Below, one piece after another: positions 14,013 through 23,400 of a stretch of 25,838 nucleotides of DNA. This stretch comes from a virus (Duplodnaviria > Caudoviricetes). Where the stretch lies: IMG/VR virus record IMGVR_UViG_3300037991_005720, positions 1 through 25,838 of that record, one strand, 5' to 3'. The notes beneath the pieces were generated by a model. That model ran no database searches, was not told where the DNA came from, and saw only the letters and a list, made by a program, of their open reading frames with translations. How positions within the stretch are numbered: position 1 is the first letter of the stretch; each line of letters starts with the position of its first letter. The position numbers were made by a program, and so were the translations under genes.

Positions 14013-14692
14013 TAAGCGAAGATGAAAAAACATTTCACTCGCTCGAAATAACAGAACTCGAAAACTCAAAGCAAGTAGAGAATCTGATAAAAAGAGCTTT
14101 GCTGAAAAAAGAAAAGAGAAGCACCCCCCTTGATAATCCCCCCCAAGAGGAAAAGAAAAAAGGGGAACCCCCCTTACCCCCCTTAACAGAGCCAACTAAA
14201 AACCTCTTCGGGGAGGTTGAGCAAGCAAAAAGTTTAAAAAAAATTAACTCGCCTCCTTATCAGATGATATACGGGATGGCAAAAACCTATTTTCCAGACT
14301 GGAATTTCAGAACAACTACTGACAAAAGGAATAGAAAAATTAGAAAACTTTGGAGAGCTAACGGAAAAACTTCAAATGTATTCGAGGAGCTATTCAAGCT
14401 AGCTAAAGCTAGTGACTTTTTAAACTCAAGAAACGGACATTCATTCAAAGGAAGATTCACTCTTTCATGGGTGATAGACAGGGCAGAAGAAATACTAGAT
14501 GGAAAATATTCAAACGACAGAATGTCTTTCGCACTAAAAGAAGAAAAGAAAGTAGACGCAATAGTCGTTGGGGTTGGCAAAATGCAAGTAAACCCAGAGA
14601 AAGCGAAATACATTGGCGATGACGAGATAACAGGATTGCCAAAATACATACTAAACGAAAACGAAACGAATAATAAAAATGAACGCAGATGA
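14000..14692 (+). CDS. Putative replication initiator-like protein
   Basis: PPLPP linker, then SDFL..RNG....F.LSWVI....ILDGKY, resembling the C-terminal region of phage initiator-type proteins. It lies immediately upstream of the primase-helicase. Confidence 0.5.
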   Translation: MRILVSEDEKTFHSLEITELENSKQVENLIKRALLKKEKRSTPLDNPPQEEKKKGEPPLPPLTEPTKNLFGEVEQAKSLKKINSPPYQMIYGMAKTYFPDWNFRTTTDKRNRKIRKLWRANGKTSNVFEELFKLAKASDFLNSRNGHSFKGRFTLSWVIDRAEEILDGKYSNDRMSFALKEEKKVDAIVVGVGKMQVNPEKAKYIGDDEITGLPKYILNENETNNKNERR

Positions 14693-16529
14693 AGTTAAAC
14701 AAAGATTAGCAGATAACGCAGAAAATGTGTGCCAGTTACTCCTGCCAAACGGAGTGAGAAGAAGAAACGAATGGCATATAGGAAGCATTGAGGGAGAGGC
14801 AGGAAGCTCAATGAGGATTCACCTAGAGGGAGCAAAAGCAGGATTATGGTGTGATTTCAGCAGTGGCGACAAAGGTTCAAACCTCCTTGAGCTTTGGAGG
14901 GTAGTAAAAGACATACCATTCAAGGAAGCATTAGAACAAGCCAGAGAGTATTTAGGAATAGCACCAGAACGGCAACTACGCTCCGTGAGTACCCCCAAAA
15001 AGCGAAAGGAGCCAATAAAGCTGCCAGATGTAGAGGTTGGCACAGAAAGCGGTGTGAAGACCAAATGTGGAGCATATTTAAACGGGGAAAGGGCTATCGG
15101 GTTAGACATATTGAAAGACTATGACCTGCGCTGCGAAAATGGAAAAATAGTTTTCGTTTACTGGAATCAAAACAAAACAGAAATCGAAATGCTAAAGTTT
15201 ATGGCTTTAGAGAGGGAGGATGGCAAAAAACATATATTCACAAGCAAAGATGCAAAAAAAACTTTATTCGGAAAACAGACCATAACCGATGATTGCTCAA
15301 CGCTTGTAATCACCGAAGGAGAGTTGGATGCAATGAGTTACGCAGAGGCAGGAATACAAGCAGTCAGTGTTCCTTTCGGTGCTAAGTGGGAGACTGATTA
15401 TGGTTCAGACCCAAACATGGAATGGATACAGAACGACTATGATTTTTTGGAAAGGTTCACAACGATTGCAATTAGCATGGACATGGACGAAGCAGGAAGA
15501 AGAGCGACAGCCTCAATAGTAAAAAGGCTAGGAGAAAGCAGGTGCAGAGTAATCGAGTTGCCAGAGAACGATGCAAACGAAACTATGTTAAAGCATGGGT
15601 GGGACGCACTTACGGAAGCATTCGAAAGCGCAGTATATGTTGACCCAGAAACTCTACACGGAGTGGACAGGTACAAAGATGATGTTCACGATTTATTGTA
15701 TTCAGACGTATGCAAAGGTTTACCCCTGCCTTGGGGTGATGCGCCTTTCCATATCAGAATGAATGAATTAACAGTCGTCACTGGTTTCAACGGGTCGGGC
15801 AAAACAATGTTATTGAATTACCTATGCGTTTGGTTCGCCAGTTTGGGACAAAGAGTGTGCATAGCTTCGTTAGAGGTGCCTGTTAAAATGAACCTATCTT
15901 ACCTCGTGAGACAAGCACTTGGGAAAGAAGACCCATCTAAGAAAGATTTCGAACGTGGCATGAGTTGGCTCGGGAGAAACTTTTGGTTTTACGATCACGT
16001 AGGCAAAGTTGAAGCTGACGATGTTTTGCAGACTTTCATTTACGCCTACAAAAGATACGGAGTTAAGTTGTTCATAATAGACTCATTTATGAAACTAGGT
16101 TTCGGAGTCGACGAATATAACAAACACAAAGAATTTATGGACAAAATAACAGAGTTCGTAAACTCATACGACGTTCATGTGTTTCTGGTAGCTCACGCAA
16201 GAAAGAAGGAAAGCGAAAGAGAAAGGATAGACAAGATGGACATAAAAGGGGTTTCAGAAATAACAGACATGGCGCATAACTGCATAACATGTTGGCGGAA
16301 CAAACAGAAAGAACAAGAGGTGTATGAGTTAATGCAAGCAGGTGACGCAGACAGCATGGCGATGGCTCACGAAATACAGTCACTAAAATACGACGCTTTG
16401 ATGTCAGTCGTGAAACAAAGAAATGGAGATGGTGATGAACCACAAATAAAGTTGTGGTACGGTAAAGGAGATAGACAATATTATTCAAATGGGATTAAGC
16501 TGCCAGTAAGTTACGTAGACGATGAATAA
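14679..16529 (+). CDS. DNA primase-helicase (Toprim plus SF4/DnaB-like helicase; T7 gp4/Twinkle-like)
   Basis: ITEGELDAMS, SVPFGA, DMDEAG and DANE (Toprim). VVTGFNGSGKT, SLE, FIIDS, LVAHARK, DIKGVSEI and KQRNG (helicase). Confidence 0.93.
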   Translation: MNADEVKQRLADNAENVCQLLLPNGVRRRNEWHIGSIEGEAGSSMRIHLEGAKAGLWCDFSSGDKGSNLLELWRVVKDIPFKEALEQAREYLGIAPERQLRSVSTPKKRKEPIKLPDVEVGTESGVKTKCGAYLNGERAIGLDILKDYDLRCENGKIVFVYWNQNKTEIEMLKFMALEREDGKKHIFTSKDAKKTLFGKQTITDDCSTLVITEGELDAMSYAEAGIQAVSVPFGAKWETDYGSDPNMEWIQNDYDFLERFTTIAISMDMDEAGRRATASIVKRLGESRCRVIELPENDANETMLKHGWDALTEAFESAVYVDPETLHGVDRYKDDVHDLLYSDVCKGLPLPWGDAPFHIRMNELTVVTGFNGSGKTMLLNYLCVWFASLGQRVCIASLEVPVKMNLSYLVRQALGKEDPSKKDFERGMSWLGRNFWFYDHVGKVEADDVLQTFIYAYKRYGVKLFIIDSFMKLGFGVDEYNKHKEFMDKITEFVNSYDVHVFLVAHARKKESERERIDKMDIKGVSEITDMAHNCITCWRNKQKEQEVYELMQAGDADSMAMAHEIQSLKYDALMSVVKQRNGDGDEPQIKLWYGKGDRQYYSNGIKLPVSYVDDE

Positions 16530-17067
16530 ATCAAGCACAGGAGAAATATTAGCAGAAACAATAGACATGCTAACAAGTGGAAAGTTTGAAGTAAAAACTT
16601 TCACACAAGGAGAGGCGCAAGTTCACCAAATAATGGTTGATCGCAGTGAGTATGGGAAAGTATGCGGATCAAAAGGAAAAATGATTCGTGCAATCAAATA
16701 CATTTGGGAGGTTTGCATATCTAGAAATGAAGAAGTTCCAATACGAGTTAACCTCAAAGAACCAATCGATGGTTACTCAAAAGGCAGAAGTGCAGAAGTT
16801 CCATCAGAGTTGTTTGACCTAAATGATTTTTTAGAACTGATAGAAGACATTATGGACTTAGTTGGTCAAATAGAAGTCGAGTTAGATGACAGCGAAACAA
16901 GGCAATCACTAGGATGGGACGCAAGAAACAAAACTTATAAACTAAAAATTTACGTTGAAGACCCACCCAAATATTTAAAATCGGAGTTCGAAGAGGCTTG
17001 CCAAGTTCTATTTTTCGCAATGGCTAAAGCAAATGGAGGCTTAGTAGATATAATTTTTGATGGATAA
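16522..17067 (+). CDS. KhpA/YlqC-like KH-domain RNA-binding protein with C-terminal extension
   Basis: IMVDRSEYGKVCGSKGKMIRAIK parallels the KhpA pattern V..ED.GKVIGK.G....AIR, and the GxxG loop is intact. Confidence 0.65.
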   Translation: MNKSSTGEILAETIDMLTSGKFEVKTFTQGEAQVHQIMVDRSEYGKVCGSKGKMIRAIKYIWEVCISRNEEVPIRVNLKEPIDGYSKGRSAEVPSELFDLNDFLELIEDIMDLVGQIEVELDDSETRQSLGWDARNKTYKLKIYVEDPPKYLKSEFEEACQVLFFAMAKANGGLVDIIFDG

Positions 17068-17371
17068 AGAAATAAGACAAAAGTTAGAGGATGGCAGAAT
17101 AATAATGGAGTCAGCTTTAGATTTTTTATTCGAAACAAGCAGAGAAAAATCAGAAAGCCATTTGGTAGACCTTAGGAAATACGATGGAAGCGGAGCCTGT
17201 TGGTGCGAAAATTTTAGATTTAGAATAGAGCCAAAGCTCAAATCTGGGGAAATAAAACCTCATGAAAAAGAAAGCCAATGCAAGCACATCGTTACAGCAA
17301 GAGCAATACTTGCTCAAAAGCTCATAGACGCATCTAGGAAAATAGAAAATGAACAGAAAAGTTCCGCTTAG
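17060..17371 (+). CDS. SWIM-type zinc-finger protein
   Basis: GACWCENF...QCKHI fits the CxC-n-CxH pattern. Confidence 0.7.
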   Translation: MDKEIRQKLEDGRIIMESALDFLFETSREKSESHLVDLRKYDGSGACWCENFRFRIEPKLKSGEIKPHEKESQCKHIVTARAILAQKLIDASRKIENEQKSSA

Positions 17372-17705
17372 AAGAAAAACTCCACTCAAAAGAAAAACCC
17401 CACTGAAACGTGGAGGCAGACTAAGACCTTATTCCAAATCGCCAAAAAAGGTAGAAAAGAGAAAACTGTACGAAAGAAACAGAAAAGAATACCTGAAAGA
17501 GCATCCGAACTGCGAAATCTGCGGACATTCTGGCAGAAGAGATTTACATCACAAAGCTGGCAGAACAGGCAAAAGCCCAAACGAAAACGGAGACATGGAA
17601 TTCAATTTGACCAATAAAGCAACATTCATGGCAGTTTGCAGAATCTGTCACGAGTACTTACACAGAAACCCAAAAGAAGCCAGAGAAAGAGGATGGCTAG
17701 TTTAG
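17349..17705 (+). CDS. HNH endonuclease-like protein
   Basis: CEICG...DLHH...AVCRICHEYLH, after a basic N-terminus with (R/K)KTPLKR repeats. Confidence 0.78.
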   Translation: MNRKVPLRRKTPLKRKTPLKRGGRLRPYSKSPKKVEKRKLYERNRKEYLKEHPNCEICGHSGRRDLHHKAGRTGKSPNENGDMEFNLTNKATFMAVCRICHEYLHRNPKEARERGWLV

Positions 17706-17734
17706 TTGTTGAACATTTTCTCTATAGATATACT
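17706..17734 (+). promoter_or_regulatory. Putative promoter for structural genes
   Basis: TTGTTG-17 nt-TATACT, with the ATG at 17743. Confidence 0.4.
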
Positions 17735-17742
17735 TTTTAGTT

Positions 17743-18519
17743 ATGATTATCAAAGGAATAGTGGATCTAGATACTGGACATTTGCTTAACGCAGAAGGCA
17801 CAGCAGAAATGCCTGCTCTAGAGATACAAGCACAAGAAACAGTAAGATTTGATTTACAGTTTCAAGAAGCAGGAATACCAGTCAGTGACCATAACACTAT
17901 CGATGATATGGATATAGTCTTCGCTGCGAAGCCAACCACAGATTACACAGGAACAGACTATTTCGCTTATCAAGCTACTTGGACTAAAACAACTACACCT
18001 GTCGGATACAAAGCCACAATAGATTTTTACACATCAGAAATAGTCACAGGTTTGGCAAATACAGCTTCCTTGTCAATGCACGGACAGCTAAAGATAAACG
18101 ACTACCCAGACTCAGGATCTGGAGATGGACACACAAGGTTCAGTCAACTTTTCCCAATCACGCTAAAAAATAGCGTCATAGCTTCATCCGCTACTTCTTC
18201 CCCATCGATACACCCATTAAACGAGCAAACTGGCACAACCTACACTTTGGTTTTACTCGATGAAGGGAAAGTTGTCACTTCAAGCAATTCGAGTGCTCAA
18301 ACAATTACGGTACCCCCAAACTCATCAGTAGCATTTCCTGTAGGGTCTGAGATACTTGTGGTTCAAAAAGGAACAGGACAAGTCACAATAGCAGGAGGCT
18401 CAGGTGTTACAATAAATTCAGCGGATGGCGCACTAAAAACAAGAGTTAGGTACAGCGGAGTCACGTTATTGAAAGTTGGAACAAATAACTGGTACGCATT
18501 TGGAGACATAACCACCTAA
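17743..18519 (+). CDS. Probable virion structural or fibre-associated protein
   Basis: Thr/Ser/Gly-rich and acidic. The C-terminal NEQTGTTYTLVL.D.GK...ITVPPNSSVAFPVG...GTGQVTI...W...GD module is typical of tail-fibre ends. Confidence 0.65.
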   Translation: MIIKGIVDLDTGHLLNAEGTAEMPALEIQAQETVRFDLQFQEAGIPVSDHNTIDDMDIVFAAKPTTDYTGTDYFAYQATWTKTTTPVGYKATIDFYTSEIVTGLANTASLSMHGQLKINDYPDSGSGDGHTRFSQLFPITLKNSVIASSATSSPSIHPLNEQTGTTYTLVLLDEGKVVTSSNSSAQTITVPPNSSVAFPVGSEILVVQKGTGQVTIAGGSGVTINSADGALKTRVRYSGVTLLKVGTNNWYAFGDITT

Positions 18520-19766
18520 TGAGAATACCACTCACCACAGCAGGAACTGTACAGTCGAGCTACTTACCACTAGATCATTTCGGTGACAGTTGCGTGGGAG
18601 CATATTCGCTACGAAACCTAAAGACAGGAATCGGACGTGTGGTCAGATTGATCCGAACAGGCGATTCAGCGGAAGCTGATTTCACTGCGGAGGAAATAAT
18701 GGACGGAACTGCTACCGCTTGGATAGCAAGCAACTCAGGATCTCAAGCAAGGGTTAGAACCTTGTACGATCAAAGCAGAAATTTTCCCAACCTAATATCA
18801 AATGGTCAGTTCCATAATGACATATCAGGTTGGGGCGTAGCAGGAAACCAAGGTGAAACCCATTTCAGATGGGACAGCGCAACACGCAGAGCAGAAAGAT
18901 TTGCAGGATCAAGCAGTCAAAACTCAGCACTCACGCAGAACATTTCTATAGTATCAGGAAAAACTTACAGCGTAGAGTTTGATGTGACACACACATCTGG
19001 AAACGCTTTATCAAATGTTTTTATAGACACAGGAGGAGGCAATATAACTATCGGTTCCACAAGTGGATCAGGACACGTATCCACAAGTTTTACCGCTGTA
19101 AGCACGAAAACTATGACCTTCACCCTGTATGGGATAGGTACATTTCGTGGCTTTTGGGACAATGTTGCAGTTAAAGAAGTAGGCAGCAACGCAAATCAAT
19201 CATCTTTTTACAGCTGCCCAATAATAAGTGACACAAGTGGCAATATTTACAAGGATTCAAACAATAGACCTTGGATAGATTTCGATGGCAGTAACGATTT
19301 CATAGACTTAAATATAAGCCTAAACCTACAATCGATAAGCTCATTTTGCTGCGGAAAGTTTGACAACGCCATAGGAAGTGGAACAAATGTAATGGAGCTG
19401 ATGTACAGTTTGGGAAAATCCGCCAACAACAGCAGATGGTGGGTAGGAAATTTCGACGGGAAATGGTATTTCCCAAACGCAGACGAATGGAATGCGGTTG
19501 TCGCAACAGGAGCAGATACAAACCAACATGTATTCACAAACATTGGAGGCTCAAGTAATGCTCAGTTTTACTTGGACGGGACATCAAAAGGAACAGATAC
19601 ATCAGTAAACGTCAGTAACTTAACGCCATACGGGATAGGTGGAGCGACTGTTGCTGATTTTAATCTGGATGGAAAGTTTCAAGAGTTGCTAGTGTTTAAT
19701 GTCGACAAAAGTACAGAACGAGCAGAAATAGAAGCAGAGTTAAAAAGATTTTATTCCACACCTTAA
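18519..19766 (+). CDS. Virion fibre/adhesin with lectin-like (ConA/LamG-type) domain and inserted carbohydrate-binding-like module
   Basis: GAYSLRNL...VVRLIR...EADF, TLYDQS, FDGSNDF and GKFQELLVF, with the insert NLISNGQF....GW...DNVAVKE. Confidence 0.65.
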   Translation: MRIPLTTAGTVQSSYLPLDHFGDSCVGAYSLRNLKTGIGRVVRLIRTGDSAEADFTAEEIMDGTATAWIASNSGSQARVRTLYDQSRNFPNLISNGQFHNDISGWGVAGNQGETHFRWDSATRRAERFAGSSSQNSALTQNISIVSGKTYSVEFDVTHTSGNALSNVFIDTGGGNITIGSTSGSGHVSTSFTAVSTKTMTFTLYGIGTFRGFWDNVAVKEVGSNANQSSFYSCPIISDTSGNIYKDSNNRPWIDFDGSNDFIDLNISLNLQSISSFCCGKFDNAIGSGTNVMELMYSLGKSANNSRWWVGNFDGKWYFPNADEWNAVVATGADTNQHVFTNIGGSSNAQFYLDGTSKGTDTSVNVSNLTPYGIGGATVADFNLDGKFQELLVFNVDKSTERAEIEAELKRFYSTP

Positions 19767-20041
19767 TGAAATATCTAATTTTCAATAATCCTGAAGATGC
19801 ATACAATCGATCTGATGAAGCTGGAGAAACTTTCGGATTGCTATACCATCAAGTTGACGCAGATGGGAACAAAAACGAGAACGGATGCAGGTATTTATGG
19901 CCTGTTTTTTTGGAACACAAAGAATCATCCCCAAGAGCAGCACTATGCATAGAGGGAAGCGAAGACCAGTTGTCAGAAACAGAGATAAGTCAGTTGCAAG
20001 ATGAGCTTCCAGAAAACTGGCAGAGCTTAACATCTGATTAA
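19766..20041 (+). CDS. Hypothetical protein (possible fibre chaperone or accessory)
   Basis: TAATG-coupled to the fibre gene. Small and acidic. Confidence 0.7.
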   Translation: MKYLIFNNPEDAYNRSDEAGETFGLLYHQVDADGNKNENGCRYLWPVFLEHKESSPRAALCIEGSEDQLSETEISQLQDELPENWQSLTSD

Positions 20042-20068
20042 ATATCAAGGTTACTTAGCAATCGCAGT

Positions 20069-20097
20069 TTGACGTTGGCAATCGTACGATGTAATTT
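20069..20097 (+). promoter_or_regulatory. Putative sigma70 promoter
   Basis: TTGACG-17 nt-TAATTT preceded by TG, with the ATG at 20107. Confidence 0.5.
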
Positions 20098-20106
20098 TAC
20101 ATCATT

Positions 20107-20454
20107 ATGGCCACTTTAGACGAAAGAACATTAGGAGAGCAGGAATGGGGTACAAATGGATTTTATTATGAAAATTCTACCACTTCTGCGGATACATCAT
20201 CATCATCAAACGCTGCTTACAATCAAGACTTTGTATTCTGTGCTTTGCACATATTAGATGACACAAAGTTTCATACATTAACCTTTTTGAACACAGATTC
20301 TTACAAAGGAGATTTAAGCGCATTAGCAAACAGCACAAGCTCATCTGCCGATACATTACCTGCTGGAACAGTTATATATGGATACGTATCAGGCTTTCAG
20401 CTTCATAGCGGAAAAGTAATGGCGTACTACGCAGGGGCTCAAAGAAACAGTTAA
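20107..20454 (+). CDS. Small probable structural protein
   Basis: Ser/Thr-rich 115-aa protein ending TLPAGTVIYG.V..FQLHSGKVMAY, directly before the giant fibre gene. Confidence 0.65.
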   Translation: MATLDERTLGEQEWGTNGFYYENSTTSADTSSSSNAAYNQDFVFCALHILDDTKFHTLTFLNTDSYKGDLSALANSTSSSADTLPAGTVIYGYVSGFQLHSGKVMAYYAGAQRNS

Positions 20455-20459
20455 AACAT

Positions 20460-23400
20460 ATGCCAAAAGGACTTGGAAGCAATTTCGGCAAGTTTGGTAA
20501 AAATTATGATAGGAAAAACCCTATCAGTTTGGATATCAAATTTGATCAAGATCAGGATGCAAACTGGGATGAAATAGGGCTAGTACATACTAGACCATGT
20601 TCAGCTATACAGCGAAACTCAAATGGCGCATTAGTTTTCGCTCCTGAGAACCGTATTGCAAATTCTGAGAACTTAGCAGCATTACTAACAAACAACACAA
20701 GTGCAGGTGGAGGAGCTACTGTCGAAGCAGCCTCAAGTATAACAGACCCATTTGGAGGTAATGCAGCTTACAAAATAAAAGAAGCTGCTTCATCAGCAGG
20801 TAATATATATCACACTAAGTTCCATACTGTTACAGGTTTAAAAACTGGCGAGCAATATATATGCTCAATCTACGCAAGAGCAGGGGAAACTCATGGATTG
20901 TTTCTTGAGTCACACGGAGCTTCTACCAGTAAAGATCACGCTCGTTTCGGTCTTGGTGGAGACAAAGGAAGACAAGGTGGAGGGGCAGGTGCTGCTACAA
21001 AATCTGGATACATAGAAAGAATAAATAACGATTGGTATAGACTCAGCATAGTAACAGTAGCTGCTTCAAATCAAATCCATTTCGGCGTAAGAGTACTAAG
21101 GCAGTACAGTGTTGTAGGAAACGAGTCAACTGGAGATGGTAATACAGGTCTATACCTCTTCGGGATGCAAATAGAACGCTGCATCAAAAGAACAGGCGTA
21201 AACAGTCAGAACACGCATGTGTTTATGCCAGATTACCATAAGCCATCTGCATACAAAAAAACAACTGGCACTGCATATTATGGACCAAGGTTTGATTATG
21301 ACATAGACGGAAATGCGAAAGGCTTGCTGATAGAGCAAGAATCAACGAACCTGATAACCCATTCTCAGAAAGTTATAGCTGGAACAGGCTGGTCAGCAAC
21401 TAATATCACGACCGATGCAAACGCTACTGAAGCACCAACAGGAGAGAAGGAAGCATCAAGAATAAAGACCACAACTGCTAGTGGTCTGCATATAATTGGA
21501 CCTGCAAGCACTCCAAGTATACCTGCATCAACGAATTTCACGTATTCAGTTTATCTTAAAAAAGATTCAACTGATTACGCAAAGATATATCACAATGATT
21601 CTAATTCAATGATGCTTCAAGTTGACTTGAATAAAGGAAAAATTACTAATACTGGCTCAATAAACGGAAGATCATTTATCGAAGATGCAGGAAATGGATG
21701 GTACAGAGTTGGTTACAACCACAAAACACCTTCAACTCATGCTGTAGGAAGCATGTTTATCTACCCCACTGATGTAAACGGAACAATAAATCACTCAGGA
21801 AATGAATGGAGTATATTTGCTTGGGGAGTTCAAGTTGAGCTAGGGGGTGCTGCAAGTTCTTTGATTCCTACATTTGGAGCGACTGCAACCAGATCAACAG
21901 ATGTGGTGAAAATTACTGGAGACAACTTCACAAAATTTTTCAATCCAAATCAAGGGACAGTGGTTTTCGAAGGTTCTGTAATAAAGGGACTGAAAGAGGA
22001 CAGTGTTTACAATAGGCTTTTTGAATTTCACAACGGATCAAATAACAATGATCGTATACTTGCCTACCTAAATAACAGCCAAGTAGCTGTAGGCTCATTG
22101 CGTTCTGGAGGCACAACCCAAATATCTGCAGGTGGCACAAACAGCAAAACGACATCTGGCGATGTATTTAACTTTTCTTTGACCTATGGAGAGAATTACT
22201 TTAAGCCGAATGCCGACCAAAGAAACAGCACTACTACAACTTCGCTAACTTTACCTACAGGAATAAACACTTTAAACATTGGCACCGATCGCCCGAATGC
22301 TAAAGGGCTAAATGGTTGGGTGAAAAAATTTACCTACCACAAAAGAAAAAGATCAGAGGATTGGAACCAACAAAGCACTAAAAACCTAAACGTACTTTCA
22401 GAAGTTAGAGGAGGTTTGTCTGCGCTAAGTCTACGAAATGTTTCAGGAAAGCCTAAGCAAAAAGTAGTTAGAGTAAGAAGAGGATTAGATGACATAGAGC
22501 AAGATTTTACAGCACTACAAGTAGCAGACGGATCACTCGCAAGTTTCTGTAAATTTAACACAGACACCTTGCCCCTAAACAAAGCTCTTCCAGTTGCAGA
22601 ACTAGTGACAAACGGGGATTTTAGTTCAGCTACAGGTTGGACACTCAGTGGAGCTACCATAAGCGGAGGTAAGCTAAATTTTGCTAACTCTGTTTTTGAT
22701 ACAGCAAAACCTGCTGGACTGAAAGGCGATAACGTATCGAACTACAGAATGTCTTTTACAGTTGATTCAATATCAGGTGCACTTTTGTTCATATGGCCTG
22801 GAGGGTTCTTCAATCCTACAATAACATCGGCAGGAAGTTATGTTTATGAATCCACATCACCAAGTAGCAATGAATTTATCATGGCTAACAATGGTGGCCC
22901 CATCGTTATTGATGATTTTTCTGTGAAGAAAATAACTGCTGATGGAAATGAAGTTGCAGGAATGGGAGTTTCAACAAGAAAAATAAGCAGTGCCACTTTA
23001 GACCCTGCTATGATAGTGAGGCGAGCAGATGACAACATTGAAGCTATTGTTAATTACGATTCAAACGGAGTAATATCTGCCAACAGCAGCATAGCAAACC
23101 CATCATACAACTTGGTTCCAAACAGCAAAGACATGGAAGATTGGGACAATGATGAAACACCACAAATCGGTCAAAACTACAGAATAGAAGATGGAGTTAC
23201 GGACGCATTTGGCACCAATACCGCCCAAAGACTTCACACAACAAGTTACAGCAACTCTATACCAAGACAGCGTGTTGCTATCGAAAAAGGCGAGGATTAC
23301 ACTCTAACTGCATACGTGGAAAAGAAAACTATATCAGGTGGCTATGCACCTACCATATTGTTATACCCGTATGACATAAACAAAGTTCAACCTGTTTATA

